DNA from: Isurus oxyrinchus
Taxonomy: Eukaryota
Assembly: GCA_026770705.1 (NCBI GenBank)
Contig: JANJGN010000017.1
Location: 22,568,001-22,632,000, forward strand
DNA: 64,000 nt
Reading direction: 5' to 3'
Positions 13,170 through 25,390 of this stretch are shown piece by piece. The position numbers and the translations under genes were made by a program. Positions within the stretch are counted from its first letter, which is position 1. Each line of letters opens with the position of its first letter. The notes beneath the pieces were generated by a model that was not told the DNA's origin, made no database searches, and saw only the letters and a program-made list of their open reading frames with translations.

Positions 13170-14299
13170 GTGAGAAGTCAGATTTTTACAGGATTTAATG
13201 GGGTTGTACAGGATCCCCAGGATTGTATGGGGTCCCCAGTATTGGAAGGGATCCCCAGATTTTGTGGTGTTTCATTGATAATCTTTGGATGGAGATTCTG
13301 CTGCTTCCCCCCACCCCCAACACTCCACCATCTTCCAACTAAGTCCAGGGCAAGAGAGCTTTCGGGCAGCCTTCCCCCAGAAGCCAATTGGGACCGATAA
13401 GTGGGCCTCATCCTACTGCCAGTGGTATTCAACCAGCAGCAGGTGGGGGCTCACCATCCAGGGGGGCTCCTCAGCAGACCCTGTCGGCTTGTGGCTTTGT
13501 TGGGGGAGGGGGTCCTTCCGTCACAGGCACTCGGGAAGAAGGAAGCCTACAGGAAGCCACTCTGGCTGCTCTTGCTATTGCTTTTTATTCAGAAAAGGGC
13601 GTAAGGATAAGCTGAGCAACTACATGCCAGTCAGCTTAACCTTGGAGGTGGGAAAGCTTTCAGAAGAGATAATCTAGCACAAATTTAACAAGTCACTTGG
13701 ATAAATATGGATTAATTAAGGAAAGTCATCACAGATTTATTGAAGACAAATCATGCTTAACTAACTTGAATTTTTTTGATGAGTTGACAGAGAGGTTTGA
13801 TGAGGGTAGTGCAGTTGATGTAGTGTACATGGCTTTCCAAAAGGTGTTTGACATAACATACATAACAGCCTTGTCAGCAAAGTTAAAGCTCACGAAATAA
13901 AAAAGGACAGTGGAAGCTTGGATAAAATGGTGGAGGTGGATACAATCAAAAGGAAATTGGATAATTATTTGAAGAGAGAAAAATTGCAGGGCTGTGGGGA
14001 AAGGGCAAGTGAGTGAGGCTAGGTGAGTTGCGCTTACAAAGAGCCAACACGGAACTGATGAGCCGAATAGCCTCTTTCTGTGTTATAACCATGCCATGAT
14101 TCCAAATCGGCATCTCTAACTTCTGACCTCCAGTAACTGCAGTTATCTGACCAAATAATTGAAATTCCAATGGCCTGAAATCCCAATGTGCTTACTTAAT
14201 GACAGTTAAAGGGACCAGCTCTACCACCACAATGTATCACCCAGTGAACGGTTTAATATTGCCGCCCTTGTAACCAGTTTCAACATTGTCCTTTTGTAG

Positions 14300-14422
14300 C
14301 TAAGGGCTGGACTGTGCACACATCACACAGCTCAGGAGGACCTGGAATGTCCAGCTTTCTCGAAGACAATTGGGAGAAAATCTTCAATGGGAACAGAACA
14401 GCATACGAGGAATACCTAAGAG
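14300..14422 (+). CDS. Non-collagenous exon H (AKGWTVHTSHSSGGPGMSSFLEDNWEKIFNGNRTAYEEYLR)
   Basis: ttgtAG/GTGAG, 123 nt, phase 1-1. Shares WEKxFNGNRTAYEEYLR with exon G, with synonymous differences (AAC/AAT, AGG/AGA, TAT/TAC, CTG/CTA). Confidence 0.8.
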
Positions 14423-14579
14423 GTGAGAGCAATGGGATTTGTGGAGGATTCCCAGCAGTGGTGTGGGCTTTCCTGGCATTGGGATTTCCTGATGTTGGGG
14501 GCATTCCCTGGCATTAGGAGGACTCCTTGGGCAATAGGAGATGAGATTAGTCAGCATCCTGTGCATAATCATTTTAGAG

Positions 14580-16120
14580 ACATAGGAACAAAGGAGCATG
14601 AGTAAGCCATTTGGCCCATCAAACTGCTGCACCATTCAATTGGTTCATGGCGGATCATCTACTTCAGCATCATTTTCCTGCACTATCCCTATATCCCTTG
14701 GTATCTTTAACATTTAGGAATCTATCAATTTCTGTCTTGAACAGACTCAATAATTGAGCTTCCTGTTACGAACCCAGCTGATGTAACACTGGGCAAGTCA
14801 GATGCCAGAGTGAAACCTGGCTTGATAGATTCTAACTTTGATTTGTTTTTAGAAACCATGGAGGAAAGTTACTGAACAAATTAACAGGAGTTTACTGATG
14901 CACCTTTAACACAAAGAACAAAGATTATTATTTAAATATGGAAAAATGAACTATATTACACCAGACAAAAAGGTTGGAAAGATCTCAATACAAACACAAG
15001 AAGATGATTTAAAGTCACACTATTCCCTTTAACCCAGCAAAACTCTCACATACACACAACCCCAGTTAAGATTTACCATCAGCTCAACACCAAGGCTTCT
15101 TGCTGGGGCTGGCTCAGTTGCAAACAATTTTCTTCTGGCAGACTTCTGAGCATTTTCCCCAGCTGGTATCTCTCCCTGAGACACCCAAAACCACACTCCA
15201 AACTCACTATTACTTCAACTGCAGAGCAAACACGAGTTCTCGAAACTCAGTTCCCCAGCAGCCTTGCAGTATTTCTTATCAGAGAGCTTAGAGCTCCTGT
15301 CTTCCCTCTCTGAGATACACATTCTGAGCTTCTTTTCTGTCTTTACCTGTGGCTCTGTGCACCTTTGGACCCCTGTCACTAGGGAGCAGCACATTTTTTT
15401 CTACTGTGTTTTGCCCAAAATCACTGAACTACTAACCCCTTTGTAACCCATCTCTTCAAATGCATGATAAAAACAAATCCAGAAAATCTGACCTTTTTGC
15501 TAGGAGGCCCTCCAGACTTCCCAGTACCAAACTCACAAAAAACCTAAATGAAAGTGAAACCATGTTCCACTTTCTTAACACATAAATATAAATCAAACTT
15601 AAAATTATACTTTAGTCCTAACATTCCACAGCCCTCTGGGTTAGAGGATTCCAAAGATTTGCCACCCTCTGAATGAAGAAATTCCTCCTCACCTTAGTCT
15701 TAAATGGCCTTCCCCTTATTCTGAGACTGCATTCACTGCTTCTAGATTCACCAGCCGGGGGGAACATCCTCCCTGCATCTACCCTGTCATGCCCTGTAAG
15801 AATTTTGTAAGTTTCAATGAGATCACCTCTCATTCTGCGAATCTCTAGAGGATACAGGCCCAGTTTCCTCAATCACCCCTCATAGGACAATCCCGCCATC
15901 CCAGGGACTAGTCTGGTGAACCTCTATTGCATTCCCTCTATGGCAAGTGCATCCTTCTTTAGATAAGGAGACCAGAACTGTGCACAATACTCCAGGTGTG
16001 ATCTCACCAAGGCTCTGCACAATTGCAGCAAGACACTTTACTCCTGAAGTCAAATCCTCTGATGAAGGCCAACATACCATTTGACTTCCTAATTGCTTGC
16101 AGCAACTCCATGCTTGCTTT
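14580..16120 (-). mobile_element. CR1 LINE 3' fragment interrupted by a solo LTR
   Basis: ORF 15618..15872 with RRMRGDLIETYKIL. Confidence 0.8.
14764..15623. mobile_element. Solo LTR (860 bp)
   Basis: TGTTA...TAACA termini flanked by a perfect 4-bp target-site duplication TTCC. The host CR1 resumes after it. Confidence 0.8.
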
Positions 16121-16249
16121 TAGTGATGCAGGGTCTCCTGCTCAAAAGTGTCGATGATGCTTCAGTTAGCCAAGAGTTCTCCCTCCGTTAGTCGAAGGTA
16201 TCCCCACCACACCTACTCTCCCCCCACTATAAACTTAGTTTTTTTTTCA

Positions 16250-18660
16250 TATTTATTCACGGGATGCAGGTGTTGCTGGCTGGGCCAGCATTTATTGCTT
16301 ATTCCTAATTGCCATTGGGAAGGTGGTGGTGAGCTGCCTTCTTGAACCGCTGCAGTCCATGAGATGTAGGAACACCCACAGTGCTGTTAGGAAGGGAGTT
16401 CCAGGATTTTGACCCAGCAACAGTGAAGGAATGGTGATATATTTCCAAGTCAGTATGGTGAGTGACTTGGAGGGCAAGTTGCAGGTGGTGGTGTTCCCAC
16501 CTATCTGCTGCTCTTGTAGTCATAGTATTTATATGGCTAGTCCAGTTCAGTTTCTGATCAATGGTAACCCCCAGGATGTTGATATTGGGGGATTCAGTGA
16601 TGATAATGACATTGAATGTCAAGTGGCGATGGTTAGATTCTCTTTTGTTGGAGATGGTCGTTGCCTGACACTTTTGTGGCGCAAATGTTACTTGGCACTT
16701 GTCAGCCCAAGCCTGGATATTGTCTGGATATCTGAGGAGCCATGAATGGTGCTGAACATTGTGCGAACATCAGCCAATATCCCCACTTTTGATCTTATGA
16801 TAGAAGGAAGGTCTTTGATGAAGCAGCTGAAGATGGTTGGGCCAAGGACACTACCCTGAGGAACTCCTGCAGTGATGTCCCGGGCCTGGCCTCGTTGACC
16901 TCCAACAACCACAACCATCATCCTTTGTGCTAGGTATGACTCCAGCCAGTGGAGAGTTTTCCCCATGATTCCCATTGACTCCAGTTTTGCTAGGGCTCCT
17001 TGATGCTACACTTGGTCAAAGGGCAGTCACTATTACCTCACCTCAGGAGTTCAGCTCTTTTGTCCATGTTTGAACCAAGGCTGTAACGAGGTCAAGAGCT
17101 GAGTGACCCTGGCAGAATCCAAACTGAAAGTCAGTGAGGAGGTTATTGTTAAGTCAGTGCCCTTTGGATAGCATTGTTGATGACCCCTTCCATCACTTTG
17201 CTGATGAGCGAGAGTAGATTGATGGGACGGTAATTGGCCGGGTTGGATTTGTTCTGCTTTTTGTGTACAGGACATACCTGGGCAATTTTCCACATTGCTG
17301 GGTAGATGCCAGTGTTGTAGCTGTGCTGGAACAGCTTGGCTAGGGGTGCGGCAAATTCTGGAGCACAGGTTTTCAGTACTATTGCTCGAATATTGTCAGG
17401 GCCCATTGCCTTTGCACTATCCAGTGCCTTCAGCCATTTCTTGATATCACATGGAATGAATGCTGGAGACCTCCAAAGGAGGCTGAGATGGATCATCTAC
17501 TCGGTACTTCTGGCTGAAGATTATTCTGAATGCTTCAGCCTTATCTTTTGCACTGATGTGCAAAACCCCATCTCCCCCATCACTGAAGATGGGGATATTT
17601 GTATAGCTTCCTCCTCCAGTGAATTAAATGTCCACCACCATTCATGGCTGGATGTGGCAGGACAGCAGAGCTTAGATCTGATTCATTGTTTGTTGAATCG
17701 CTTAGCCCTGTCTATCACTTGCTCCTTATGCTGTTTGGCACACAAGTAGTCTTGTGTTATAGCTTCACCAGGTTGACATCTCATTTTTAGGTATGCCTGG
17801 TGCTCCTCCTGCACTCTTCATTGAACCAGGTTGATCTCTTGGCTTGGTGGTAATGATACCGTGGAGGATATGCCAGGCCATGAGATGTCAGATTGTGGTT
17901 GAGTACAATTCTGCTGCTGCTGATGGCCTACAGCGCCTGGTCTTGAGTTGCTAGATCTGTTTGAAATCTATCCCATTTAGCACAGTGTTAGAGATATACA
18001 ACACGATGGGGGGTATCCTCAATGCGAAGAAGGGACTTCATCTCCACAATGACTGTGCGGTGGTCATTCCTACTGATACTGTAATGGACAGATGAATCTG
18101 CAGCAGGCAGGTTGGAGAGGATGAGGTCAAGTATGTTTTTCCCTCACTACCTGCTGCAGATGCAGTCTAGCAGCTATGTCATTTAGGACTCGGCCAGCTT
18201 GGTCAGTAAGGGAGCTACCAAGTCACTCTTGATGATGGACATTGAAGTCCCCCACCCAGGTACATTCTGCACCCTTGCCAACCTCAGTGGTGTTCAACAT
18301 GGAGGAGCATTGATTCATTTGCTGAAGGGGGAAGGGGGGTGGGTACATAGTAAGCAGCAGGAGGTTTCCTTGCCCATGAGACTTCATGGGATCCAGAGTT
18401 GATATTGAGGGCTCCCAGGGCAACTCCCTCCTGATTGTATACCACTAGTACAGCACCTCTGCTGGGACTGTCCTGCTGGTGGGACAGACAATGTCAGGCT
18501 GTTGCTTGACTAGTCTGTGAGACAGCTCTCCCAATTTTGGCACTAGCCTCCAGATGTTAGTAAGGAGGACTTTGCAGGGTCATTGTTGTTTCCGGTGTCT
18601 CAGTTGATAACAGGTAGTTCATCTGGTTTCATTCCTTATTATTGACTCTCGACTGGTTTG
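16250..18660 (-). mobile_element. CR1/L2-group LINE (endonuclease + RT remnants)
   Basis: VGDFNVHH endonuclease motif, KAMGPDNI, NPANYRPI, GVPQGSVLGP. Other 3' fragments at ~2850-3130, 4882-5158, 9468-9660, 22650-22940, 32955-33115 and 39150-39830. Confidence 0.85.
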
Positions 18661-18932
18661 ATGCTTGTTTGTAAGGGTCAACCACATTGCTGTGGGTCTG
18701 AAGTCACATGTAGGCCAGACCAGCAGATTTCCTTCCCTAAAGGGCATTGGTGAACTGGGTGGGAGTTTACAACAATTGATTTATGGTCCTCATTAGACTT
18801 TTAATTCCAGATTTTTGTTGTATTCAAATTCCACCATCTGCTATGGTAGGACTCGAACCTAGTTCCTCAATGCATTATCCTGAGCCTCTGGATTACTAGT
18901 CCAGTGACAATACCACTATGCCACCACTTCCC

Positions 18933-19310
18933 CCCAGTGCTGCACTGTCGGAGGGTCAGTATTGAGGGAGCGCTGCACTGTTGGAGGATCCATAATGAAG
19001 GACTGCTGCACTGTCAGATGGTCAATACTGAGGGAGTGTTGCAATGTCAGACGTGCCTCTCAGGTGAATGTCAAGGAACCCATGGCAATATTTGGAAGAG
19101 GAGTTCTTCCCACTCTTCTGTCCAATATTTTTCTGACAATCAACAGCACTAAAAATATCTTGGCGTTATCCCATTGCTTTTGTGGGGTCTTGCTGTCTAT
19201 ATTTTCTGTATTTCAACAATAAATTGTCCATAATTCATTAACCGCAAGTCCCTTTGGGATGTGTGAGGTTGTGAAAGGTGCAATAGAAATGCAAGTCTTT
19301 CATGTCTTTG
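18933..19310 (+). mobile_element. Deu-domain-type SINE remnant
   Basis: Resembles the recalled Deu/SacSINE-like body and ends in AGAAATGCAAGTCTTT. A related remnant lies at ~33170-33395. Confidence 0.5.
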
Positions 19311-19337
19311 TTCTTAACATTCACTTTTCCTTTCTAG

Positions 19338-19391
19338 TTTACAGTCTGAACCAAGCAGCATCAGGTGGTGAAGCAGATCAGACAGCAGGAG
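19338..19391 (+). CDS. Short linker exon I (VYSLNQAASGGEADQTAG)
   Basis: Strong polypyrimidine tract + tctAG, strong G|GTAAGT donor, 54 nt, phase 1-1, open frame. Confidence 0.6.
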
Positions 19392-19519
19392 GTAAGTCAC
19401 TTTTTTTTTGTTTTTAATGATTGATTTTGTGAATGAAGTTAATCTCATCTATGCTCAAATACAACTGCATTCTGACTGTCACTGTTTCTCACTCTTTCTC
19501 CCTTTCTCTGACTGTCTCT

Positions 19520-19945
19520 GAAAAGCAATTTTAACTTTGTGTAAACTTGACATCACCAAAACCTGGTTGCCTGTGTCTAACACACTGAGTTCCATTCCCC
19601 TATCACCCCTGTGCTCACTGACCTACACTGGATCTCAATCAAGCAACATCTTGGTTTTAAAATTCTCATCCTTGTTTCCAAATCCCTCCATGGCCTCCCC
19701 CCCTCCTAATCTCTGTAATTTCCTCCAGCCTCAAACTCTCTGAGATATCTGCATTCCTCTCATTATGAACTTTTGTGCATTTCTAATTTCTTTAGTTCAC
19801 CATTGGTGGCCTTAAGCTTGACCTTAAGCTCTGGAATTCCCTCCCTAAATCTCTCCACATCTTTACTTTGCTTTCCTCCTTTATGACACTTCATAAAACC
19901 CACCTCTTTGATCAAGCTTTTGATCACCTGAGTTAATATCTGCTT
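19520..19945 (+). mobile_element. L2 LINE 3' fragment
   Basis: Encodes ITPVLTDLHW...FKILILVSKSLHGL, the typical L2 ORF2 end. Confidence 0.75.
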
Positions 19946-20161
19946 AAAAATCTATTCCCTTTACAACTCTAAAGGGGGTGCAGAAGCAGAGGGATATCAT
20001 GTGCACAAATTATTGAAGGTGACAGAACAGCTGGAGAGAGCAGTTAATAAATCATACAGTATCCTGGGCTTTATCAATAGAGGCATAGAGCACAAGAGCA
20101 AGGAGGTTATGTTGAATTTGTACAGGAAACTAGTTTGGCCTCAGCTGGTGTATTGCTCCAG

Positions 20162-23100
20162 TGTTAACTCCATTAATTGTATGTTGAGAAAAAATACATC
20201 TGAAGCCAGCCTGGAACTCAAGACAGGTTTATTTCCAAGCATACAGTGTAAAGATACAAATTTGTCCTATTCCCCTAATGCCCAATGTGAACACCTTTTT
20301 ATACTCTTGTAATGAAGCCCTAATACTTCCCCAGTTGGGAGCAGTTGCTCTTAATTACCAACTTAAAACATGTAATCCATTGCAGCACAACTTCAACATT
20401 AACAGATACCCTTCTCTTTTTAAAAAAATGAAAAACAAGTGCGTTTTCTTTTCAGACAAAAATAAAACTGAAGACAGAGAAATAAGTTTCAAATTTTCAA
20501 AACTCACATCCTGAGTCGTCGGTCTTCTAATACCCCCAATAATTTTTCACTACAAGTGTTCCTTTTGGTGAAACTGTCGGATAACTGATGGCTCATATCT
20601 ACCCATTGGAGCTTAGAGATTTCCTTTTACTTCACCATTTGTTTTAGACTTGTGATATCAATTCGTAATCTTTTTTCACTCCCTCTTCATGGAGTGTACG
20701 TTATCCCAAAGAGATCAATTGTTGATATAACATTCTATTAGGACATGTTCTTTGTCATTTCCCCCATGTAGTATTTCCCCTAATGTTTTAGATAAAAGGA
20801 ATAACATGTCGACCACCTCTACCAATGCGAGAGTCTCTGCAGCCAGGGTGCTCTTTACTACTCACCTTATTTTCTTAGCTTCTCAAGCCAAGGGACAACA
20901 TTTTTCATTTTCACCCATGAGAAATATTATAAAACCTGCTGCACGTAAAAACTTATCAACAAGGTTTGTGTGTGAGGCGTCACTGAACACCATCAATTCT
21001 ACATCTCAGGGTAACCCAAAGATGGAAACTTTAGTACACATTTCTCCATCTTTTAATTTTTTTTTTAATGTTGCATTCACCCATAAGATGTTTGGACAGT
21101 GGAATGTTTCATTATTGTCCTCAGTTCAAGGACATCTAAGCTTTCATCCGGCCCTGTCTATGTGCCCAGCCAATTTAATTGTCCAATTAGACTTTGCAGC
21201 AGATCCGCCTCATCTTTGAAAGCATCGGTATCTCTGTGAGGACCCAGCCCGACTGACTGTCATGGGGCTAACATTTTCTAAATACGATTGTTGGTGCAAA
21301 GTAACCTCAGACCCATAACATTTTGTGATAATGCTGGCCGATCACTATCTGGGACCCCTGAAAACTACCAAATTCCTTCCAACTATCCAACTCCTTCTGT
21401 TTAGCCTCCCGTATAGCTTTATCCCCTAACTTGTTAGTCATTATAAAAACCTCATGGTCATGGGGACTCCTTCTTCTGCTCTTTTGTCATAATGGTTCAG
21501 CATTCACCACTCTACTATGTCAAGCTGCGACCCCGACTTGCCTGTTGAAGTCTGTCTGGGCTCCTACTGTTAAGATTTCCTCTGTACCCCATCTGAGGCC
21601 CTGTCTGCTGTATGCGAATGTGTCCTCACCTGAGATTCATCACCCAACCCATTACTATAACTTGGGTTACTATAACTATATTACTATAACTTCCTTATTC
21701 TCCATTCTTGTACTCTATTTCCCCAGCCCATGGCCTTCACTGCTTGTCCATCATCCTGGACATTCAGCCAATTCCTTTATTTCCTAGTAGGCTTTCCTGC
21801 CCGTCCCACTATTGTTACATCCCTCTAGTTACCTGATCCTTCTGGACAATATGATACCCAGGAACCCATTTTGGACAGTTGACCTCTGAACAAAATAGCC
21901 CCTTTCTGTCTCTCACACTCCCATTTCCTACTGGTATCTTGTCCCTCTTGCTCTGCCCCACGAAACATATAAGTATGTGATGCACATGGTGCTTTGTCAT
22001 CTGCTATCACCAGATTCAAGCTCCCTGTGACCAACACAATTCCTACATGGCAGTCACCATCATCATTCTCAGCGTCAGAATTCTCTGTTTCACATGTTGC
22101 TTCAAAAACACGATCCTTTCGCTGGGGGCAATTCATTGCTTAATGATATTTAGAATCACATTAATAACACAGATTAATCATTCCCCATGCATTTCTCGGG
22201 TTCAAGCACCCTCAGTTGACATCCCAAACCCACTTTTTTGTCTCAATTCTCAAATTGGCTGAAAGTGCGACCTTCTTCAGATCACCTATCAACAACCCAG
22301 TCCTTGTACTGAAATCTATCTAACATTTTGGCGATCTCAAACTTCGGTAACCATGGAGTTTTCCATCCTTCACTTTACAACAGAGTCATTAGTGTTTGAC
22401 AGGAAAGCAGCTGAGAGCGATTGCTTTCCCAAAAGTTTTTTCAGGGTAGTAACCATTTAACCAAGCAACGAGTTTTGCCAGAGAATTGTACCCCCATCAA
22501 AACCAAAAGCCTATTGACCTGAGAAATGAGTGCACAGTCCAGTAATTTGAAAGCCAATTTCAAGGTTAAACTTTTTTGGCCTCTTATATCACTCATCAAA
22601 GTCCATAATGAACTCGTCCGTGGACTGATCATTTGTTGTCTTTTTTTATATTAATTCACGGGATGTGGGCTTCGCTGGCTGGGCCAGCATTTATTACCCA
22701 TCCCTAATTGCTCTTGAGAAGGTGGTGGTGAGCTGCCTTTTTGAATCGCTGCAGTCCATGTGGTGTAGGTACACCTACAGTGCTGTTAGGAAGGGAGTTC
22801 CAGGATTTTGACCCGTGACCAGTGACAGTGAAGGGACAGCAATATATTTCCAAGTCAGGTTGGTGAGTGACTTGGAGGGGAACTTCCAGGTGGTGGTGTT
22901 CCCATTTTTCTGTTGCCCTTCTAGATGGTAGTGGTCATGGGTTGATAAATCTATCAAAAGCTGACCCTGCCTCATATGCTTCCAACAACTGGTAAATCCC
23001 CCTTCAGCATCCAAGTCATCCACATCCATTTCCAAAAATATTTCTGGTAATGTTAAAGCCATACCTTGCTTCCTCTGGGATAAATAGGTAACCCATGTGC

Positions 23101-23370
23101 ACATTTCCACCTTATTCTTCCACTGCTGATATGGTTCAAAGAAAAACCGGTGGATACTCAAAGCTTGCAATTTTGTATTTGTGTTCTGCCACTCTGTACC
23201 TGAAGTTGACAAAACTTCTTGTTTAATGATCAATCACCAGAGCACAATGTTCATCCTCTGCAACCATGTTAAATCCATTAATCGTACTTTGAGGAAAGAT
23301 TGAGTCTGAAGCCAGTCTGTACCTTAAGACAAGGTTTATTTCTAAAATTGCAGAGTAAATACACATGCTC
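20162..23370 (-). mobile_element. Degraded Copia (GalEa-like) LTR retrotransposon
   Basis: LTRs at 20162-20404 and from 23267. PBS TGGTTGCAGAGGATG at 23252-23266, polypurine tract next to 20405, Copia RNase H remnant FSDASH...KKIR*VVKSTLAAETLAL at 20821-21000, gag-like remnant at ~22950-23160. Confidence 0.78.
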
Positions 23371-25201
23371 ATCCTTGGCCATGCTTGCACCCTCCCGTGC
23401 AGTCTGTAGCCCACTGAAGGACTACAGAAGTCAAGATGGCAGAGTGGTCTGATGAGGCCATGAGTAGCAGCGGTTGTAGCAACAGCGAGATCTTGGGCTC
23501 TTGGAGTGTTAGGCAGGGCGGGGAGGAAAGGTATCTTGCCACCTTCACAGTCATCCCAAACTCCTCCTCAGCAATATTAATCTCCAAACCTCATGGACCG
23601 GGTGTGAGTGAGGATGAGCGTGTGAGTTTATGAGTGAGGGCTAGAACCCTAACAGTAGGAGTGAGCTTTATACACAAACGCTACTCTGTGCGGGGACACA
23701 CAGACACAGACACACAAACGTGTCCTATGCCAAAAGACTTATTACCCAATTGGATGATGTTGCATGTCAGCCAAACAGCCATTCCTCCCGCCCCGCCCCA
23801 TCCATTTTCAATAACAAAGAAAATGACAAAAAAAATCTTTTTTAATGTCCCAATTTTTTTCTTCAGGGTTGCACACAGCAGTGTCCTGGAGATTGATCTT
23901 CAATTCCTGGAGACTCCAGGCCAATCCCTATCCCATCTAACTCCCCTGGTGACCAGGACTTGGGGCCTAATCTGTCTCTCTGCTTCTTAAGCGAAAAAGG
24001 CAAAAATACTTTATTAGTTGGCTCTGGCGCTTGATGCTTTTTAAAATTTTGACATTGAGGTTTTTTTGCTCAGCAAGTTACTTATGTTTTCTTCATATCT
24101 TAAATTTTTGTTTGAACTTCATCTTTAATTTTGTGATTACCCAATTGGATGATGTTGCATGTCAGCCAAACCAGATGTCAGGACGTTGCTGTTGGGTTTC
24201 TTGCTGAAGGGGAATGGAAGGCTTACAAGAGTCTGATTGCTTTTTGGAGGATTGGTGAAAGGGGTTGATTTTGCTCCAATAGAAATGGGAAGTGTTGGAA
24301 ATGCTCAAGTATGTCTGGCAGCATATGTGCAGAGACAAACAGAGGTCAGTGAGTTGTCTCCACAGATGCTGCCTGGCCTGCTGAGTGTTTCCCGAGTTTT
24401 TTGTTTATAGTTCAGATTTCCAGCGTCTGCAGTATTTCGCTCTCCTATTATATGATCCATGCTTGGCATTTGTAAATGTGGTTAGTTTCAATATAAAATG
24501 AGAAAATATTTATCACTCAATACAAGGTGTAATTTTTCTGTTAACAACAAAGCCTGCTTGTGTGAATAGAAATAGCACATGATTGCAAGTGAATTGGTTG
24601 GTGCTAATTTATTGGAAGGTTTTGCCATTTTTAAACTTGGAAGTGAAATCAGGAATCATACGCCAATAGAATATGTCACTGTTTGTTCAAGATATTCTCA
24701 TTTGTACATAGGAATGTTGTTTGAGGTGATTGAGGCTTAAGTCTTTTGGATGTTACTGCGTGGATTTTTCATAGGGCCAGTTCAAAGAAATGGAGCTGGT
24801 TGCAAAACGTTAATGACCAAGTTGTGTGCAATTGTCTGACAAAGCTGTGGTTGTAAAGTGTATCATATTGAAACCTGAGCTTTCAATGGGCCTTATAAAT
24901 AGAGGCATAGAGTGCAAAAGCCAAGGAGTTTTGCTAAACCCATATAAAACATTTCAACCTCACTGTGACGTTGGTTCCCAATTCTGGGAACCCAAAGGAT
25001 GTTAGGGGGAGAATTGAATGGAGGGGCAGGATAGATAAGGGGCCTGGAAACAGGTGAAGCACCAAAGCGCGTGATTTCTCTCTCTGGCCCTGCCTATACT
25101 CTGCACTAATGGGCTGCAGGCATGATTGACTGCAGGATATTTATTGAGTCACTGTATATACTGCAGATCAGAATTTGTAAATGTCTCCTGTTTGATTACA
25201 G

Positions 25202-25390
25202 CCGGTCGATCTCACCACACGTCATCCAGCTTCTCCAGCCAATCAGATGGATCCGGAACTCGCAGCATGTCTGAAACTTCACGCAGCTCCTCCAGCCAGT
25301 CAGCTGCTTCTGGATCTTCACATTCCTCAGGAGGAGTTTGGCAGGACGGGACCTACAGGACTGATGCCGAATTGGAAGAGTTGCTAAAAG
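25202..25390 (+). CDS. Non-collagenous Ser-rich exon J (AGRSHHTSSSFSSQSDG...SSHSSGGVWQDGTYRTDAELEELLK)
   Basis: ttacAG/GTGGG, 189 nt, phase 1-1. WQDGT module shared with exon F. Confidence 0.78.

Noticed and set aside
23742-24171. 35-bp direct repeat TTACCCAATTGGATGATGTTGCATGTCAGCCAAAC at 23742 and 24137
   Set aside because: Only two copies in repeat-derived intronic DNA, and I cannot support any function.
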